Shown in pieces: positions 60,506-64,000 of a stretch of 64,000 bases of DNA (position 1 is its first letter; every line of letters begins with the position of its first letter). Both the position numbers and the translations under genes were made by a program. The notes below the pieces were generated by a model that saw only the letters and a program-made list of their open reading frames with translations, did no database searches and was not told the origin of the DNA. The DNA comes from Bdellovibrio sp. (GTDB lineage: Bacteria; Bdellovibrionota; Bdellovibrionia; Bdellovibrionales; Bdellovibrionaceae), in contig JAKFCY010000003.1 of NCBI GenBank assembly GCA_036676395.1, forward strand, positions 192,001 to 256,000, in the 5' to 3' direction.

Positions 60506-60585
60506 AGAGTGAATCTAATTTAGTTTATTGTTTAAAATATCAAGTTGAAGCGAAGCTTCACAGGAAAAGAAGAGACGGAGAATTT

Positions 60586-61143
60586 ATGATCGAAACTTCA
60601 AAAACAAATGCAAAAGCAAAAATGGAAAAAGCAACTACTGCGCTAGTTGAAGATTTAAAAAAGGTTCGTACCGGTAAAGCACAGGTATCTATGCTTGATG
60701 CTGTTCGCATTAATTACTACGGCCAATTAGCTCCATTAAATCAAGTAGCGTCAGTTTCTACACCAGATGCGACGACTTTCTTAATCGCACCTTGGGAATC
60801 TGCAATTTTAAAAGAAATCGAAATGGGCATCGTTAAATCTGATATCGGTATGGCGCCAATCAATGACGGTAAAGTAATCCGTTTAAAAGTGCCAAGCTTA
60901 ACTGAAGAACGTCGTAAAGACTTAGCTAAACAAGTTAAAAAAATCGCTGAAGATGCTCGCGTAGCCGTTCGTTTAATTCGCCGTGATGCCAATGAAGAAG
61001 TTAAAAAGCTTTTAAAAGATAAAGCTGTTAGCGAAGACGAAGCTAAAAAAGGCGAAGCAGACATTCAGAAATTAACTGACGAAACTATCAAAAAAGTTGA
61101 TCAGTTAGCTGAAGAAAAAGAAAAATCAATCCTTACAATCTAA
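60586..61143 (+). CDS. frr: Ribosome recycling factor
   Basis: VRTGKA, LTEERRKDLAK, RVAVRLIRRDAN; ATG 60586 after GGAG. Confidence 0.96.
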   Translation: MIETSKTNAKAKMEKATTALVEDLKKVRTGKAQVSMLDAVRINYYGQLAPLNQVASVSTPDATTFLIAPWESAILKEIEMGIVKSDIGMAPINDGKVIRLKVPSLTEERRKDLAKQVKKIAEDARVAVRLIRRDANEEVKKLLKDKAVSEDEAKKGEADIQKLTDETIKKVDQLAEEKEKSILTI

Positions 61144-61901
61144 TGTCGCAGATAAAACATGTCGCAATCATTATGGATGGAAACGGCCGTTGGGCGCAAA
61201 TGCGCGGCCGTCCCCGTACGTTCGGACATGTTAAAGGTGTGCGTGTAGCGAAAAAAATTATCACTCACACTTCAAACCTTGGTTTAAATCACTTAACTTT
61301 ATACGCGTTCAGCTCTGAAAATTGGTTTCGTCCACAGGAAGAAGTTTCTGTATTGATGAAATTAATGGAACGCTATTTAATTCGTGAAACTGAAAACCTA
61401 GTTAAAAAAAATATTCAGTTTCACACGATTGGCGATTTATCTAAAGTTCCAATCAATGTGCGTAAGTTAATTCTAAATGCCCAAACTAAGACGGCTCATT
61501 GCTCAGGTTTAAAATTAACCTTCGCCATCAGTTATGGCTCACGCCAAGAGTTAATTAATGCCGTTCAATCCATTGCCACTGATCTTAAAGATGGTGTGAT
61601 CAGCTTAAATGAAATCAATGAAGACATGGTCAGCAAAAAACTAATGACATCACACTGCCCTGATCCGGATTTAATTATTCGCACCAGTGGTGAATATCGC
61701 TTATCGAATTTCTTAATGTGGCAAGCCGCTTACAGCGAATTATACTTCACAAACATTCTATGGCCCGATTTCAAAGAAGATGATTTGAACAAAGCCCTTA
61801 CTGATTTCAAAAACCGTTCACGCCGCTTTGGCCGCATCGAAGGCGTTTTAAAGACGCTATTCACTAAAAAAGAAAAAAATCATGCCGAACTTAACTTCTA
61901 G
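61143..61901 (+). CDS. uppS: Undecaprenyl diphosphate synthase
   Basis: HVAIIMDGNGRWA, YAFSSENWFRP, PDLIIRTSGEYRLSNFLMWQ. Confidence 0.96.
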   Translation: MSQIKHVAIIMDGNGRWAQMRGRPRTFGHVKGVRVAKKIITHTSNLGLNHLTLYAFSSENWFRPQEEVSVLMKLMERYLIRETENLVKKNIQFHTIGDLSKVPINVRKLILNAQTKTAHCSGLKLTFAISYGSRQELINAVQSIATDLKDGVISLNEINEDMVSKKLMTSHCPDPDLIIRTSGEYRLSNFLMWQAAYSELYFTNILWPDFKEDDLNKALTDFKNRSRRFGRIEGVLKTLFTKKEKNHAELNF

Positions 61902-62706
61902 AATTATTTCGGCGCTGGTTGCCTTAGCTATCTTAGTTTCAACAGTATATTTTTTCGCTGAAAAAGGCATGTATGCCTGTATCGCATTTGCCTCTGTTCG
62001 ATGTTCTTATGAAATCGCACGAATGGTTTTTAAAGCACATTACCCAAAATTTGCGACTTATGCTTTTGTTTTAATTAATTTTGCGACATTTTTATTGTTA
62101 ACTTTAGAACCTACAAAAAACTTTGCGATGTTTTTTATCTTATTAAGTTTTGTTGCAAGTGTTGTTGTTGGAATTTTATTTCATAAAAAATTCAATGATC
62201 TACAAACGATCTTTGATTACGTTTCACAATCGGCCTTTGGAACACTTTACGCCACTGTGATTCCTGCTATCGTAACTTGGCTTGTGTATTCACAACAAGG
62301 TATGAACTGGTTTTACTGTTTATTAGCCGTGATCTTTGCAGGCGATATAGGCGCTTATTTATTTGGCGTTACTATAGGCACAACTAAAGTCGCCCCCACC
62401 CTATCACCAAAGAAAAGCCTGCAAGGGGCTATTGGTGGTTTATTATTTTCAACCTTAGCAGCTTATGTTTTCTCATTCATTCTAACTGATGTGGCGTTAC
62501 CAGTCTTATTAGCTTGTGGATTCTTTGGTGGCTTACTGGGTCAAATAGGTGATTTTTTCGAATCCTTAATTAAACGAGTTTCTGGTGTAAAAGATTCGGG
62601 AACAATCATGCCAGGCCATGGTGGTGTCTTAGATCGAATCGATGGCGTCCTATTAGCTGCCCCTTTGTTTTATTTTGCTGCGAATTATCATAGTCTTTGG
62701 TCTTAG
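61882..62706 (+). CDS. cdsA: Phosphatidate cytidylyltransferase
   Basis: SPKKS.QG, GDFFESLIKRVSGVKDSG.IMPGHGGVLDRID. Confidence 0.95.
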   Translation: MPNLTSRIISALVALAILVSTVYFFAEKGMYACIAFASVRCSYEIARMVFKAHYPKFATYAFVLINFATFLLLTLEPTKNFAMFFILLSFVASVVVGILFHKKFNDLQTIFDYVSQSAFGTLYATVIPAIVTWLVYSQQGMNWFYCLLAVIFAGDIGAYLFGVTIGTTKVAPTLSPKKSLQGAIGGLLFSTLAAYVFSFILTDVALPVLLACGFFGGLLGQIGDFFESLIKRVSGVKDSGTIMPGHGGVLDRIDGVLLAAPLFYFAANYHSLWS

Positions 62707-62776
62707 TTACCAGCTACCTAGTTACTTAATAGTTTAAAAATGCTAAAATATTGTTTTAAACCACGAGGGTTTTTGC

Positions 62777-64000
62777 ATGACTTATATTTTCTCATCATTG
62801 GGTTACCTTTATTCAAATGTTGTTCCTTTTGTTATTCTTTTGGGAATTCTAGTTTTTGTTCACGAACTAGGTCATTTTTTAGTAGCCCGCGCCTGCGGCG
62901 TACGTGTTGAAGTTTTCTCGCTAGGCTTCGGTAAAAAAATCTTAAGCTTTAAAAGAGGCTACACCACTTATTGCATTTCAATCGTGCCACTTGGTGGCTA
63001 CGTAAAAATGTTCGGTGAACAATCTACTGATGCTACGGCCATTGCTCCCGAAGATCGTGCGGTTTCTTACACTCACAAAACTGTATGGCAACGTATCGCG
63101 ATCGTGTTTGCTGGCCCTTTGATGAATTTCTTATTTGCGATTTTGGTTTTCGGTTTTATTGCTTACAGTGGTGAAGAAACCCGCGCTGCTCGCATTGCTG
63201 AAGTGACTCCAGGTTCAATCGCTGAAACTGCCGGTCTTAAATCACAAGACATGGTGTTAGCCGTAAATAGCCAGCCTGTAAGAAGTTATGAAGAATTTCA
63301 ATTAGCTTTAAATCGCGTGCAAAATCAAAGTGCCGAAATTCAGGTGCAACAAGAGGGTGAACAACCGCGCACGATCACGGCCCAAGTTGCAAGTGCAGAT
63401 AATCCAAATATTTTTGCTGGCCACAAAACAATCGGCAGTATCACCGGCGTAATGCCTTACACGAAAGGCACATTAGTTGCCGTTCAACCGGATTCACAAG
63501 CTTTTAAAGCAGGACTACGCACTGGCGATGAGATCACTCAGATTGCTGGCCGCAAAGTTCAATCGTGGAATGATTTAAACCGCTTAACCCAAAATCAGAC
63601 AACTGAAATAACTGTTGATCGCGTATCTGCTGACGACAAAAAAGAAATTCTTAAATTACAATTAAACTTACCGGTTTATAAAAAAGCACCTGAACTTGCT
63701 GAAATTGGTTTAGAAAATCCCGAACTTTATTTAGAACAAGTTGTTCCGGGGTCACCGGCGGCACTAGCTGACTTACAAAGACATGACAAACTGGTTTCAA
63801 TCAACGGACAGCCAATGCTTGTTTGGGAAAACGTTTTAAACACAATTAAATCTTACGATGGCAAAGATGCTTTAGAAGTTAAAATCATGCGCGATGGCAC
63901 AGAGATGATTAAAAAAATCACTCCGCAAGTGACTTCACAAATGACCTTTCAGGGTAAAGAAGACAAACGCTACACGATTGGTATTATGCCAATGGCTAAT
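62777..64000 (+). CDS. rseP: Site-2 intramembrane metalloprotease RseP (runs off the window end)
   Basis: Not in ORF track. Read manually: MTYIFSS...ILVFVHELGHF, IVPLGGYVKM, AGPLMNF, then PDZ-like repeats. Confidence 0.93.
   Translation, partial: MTYIFSSLGYLYSNVVPFVILLGILVFVHELGHFLVARACGVRVEVFSLGFGKKILSFKRGYTTYCISIVPLGGYVKMFGEQSTDATAIAPEDRAVSYTHKTVWQRIAIVFAGPLMNFLFAILVFGFIAYSGEETRAARIAEVTPGSIAETAGLKSQDMVLAVNSQPVRSYEEFQLALNRVQNQSAEIQVQQEGEQPRTITAQVASADNPNIFAGHKTIGSITGVMPYTKGTLVAVQPDSQAFKAGLRTGDEITQIAGRKVQSWNDLNRLTQNQTTEITVDRVSADDKKEILKLQLNLPVYKKAPELAEIGLENPELYLEQVVPGSPAALADLQRHDKLVSINGQPMLVWENVLNTIKSYDGKDALEVKIMRDGTEMIKKITPQVTSQMTFQGKEDKRYTIGIMPMAN

Overview
AT-rich, gene-dense bacterial chromosomal window. 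Gene content and style suggest a Bdellovibrionota predator (inference only: Tad-type pilus protein, sigma28-like promoter, many Cys-rich secreted orphans, no dxr in the uppS-cdsA-rseP cluster). Housekeeping genes include typA, dusB, a SNF2 helicase, mltG, an arginine/ornithine succinyltransferase-type cluster, bamD, hpt, PBP1A, uvrA, an MsbA-like exporter, a sigma54 activator, peptidoglycan-recycling genes (amgK, murU, anmK, nagZ), priA and rpsB-tsf-pyrH-frr-uppS-cdsA-rseP. I found no rRNA, tRNA, CRISPR array, transposase or integrase. The main leads are: (1) a Tad-tip gene followed by a sigma28-like promoter and two secreted Cys-rich proteins with hydrophobic hairpins and a shared C-terminal motif; (2) a 1.07 kb beta-barrel cassette flanked by a duplicated nitroreductase 3' end; (3) an apparently dead paralog of the neighbouring sigma54 activator; (4) two unannotated small ORFs; (5) a recurrent intergenic GTCTCA-N3-TGAGAC palindrome; (6) an AbrB/Doc-like toxin-antitoxin remnant.
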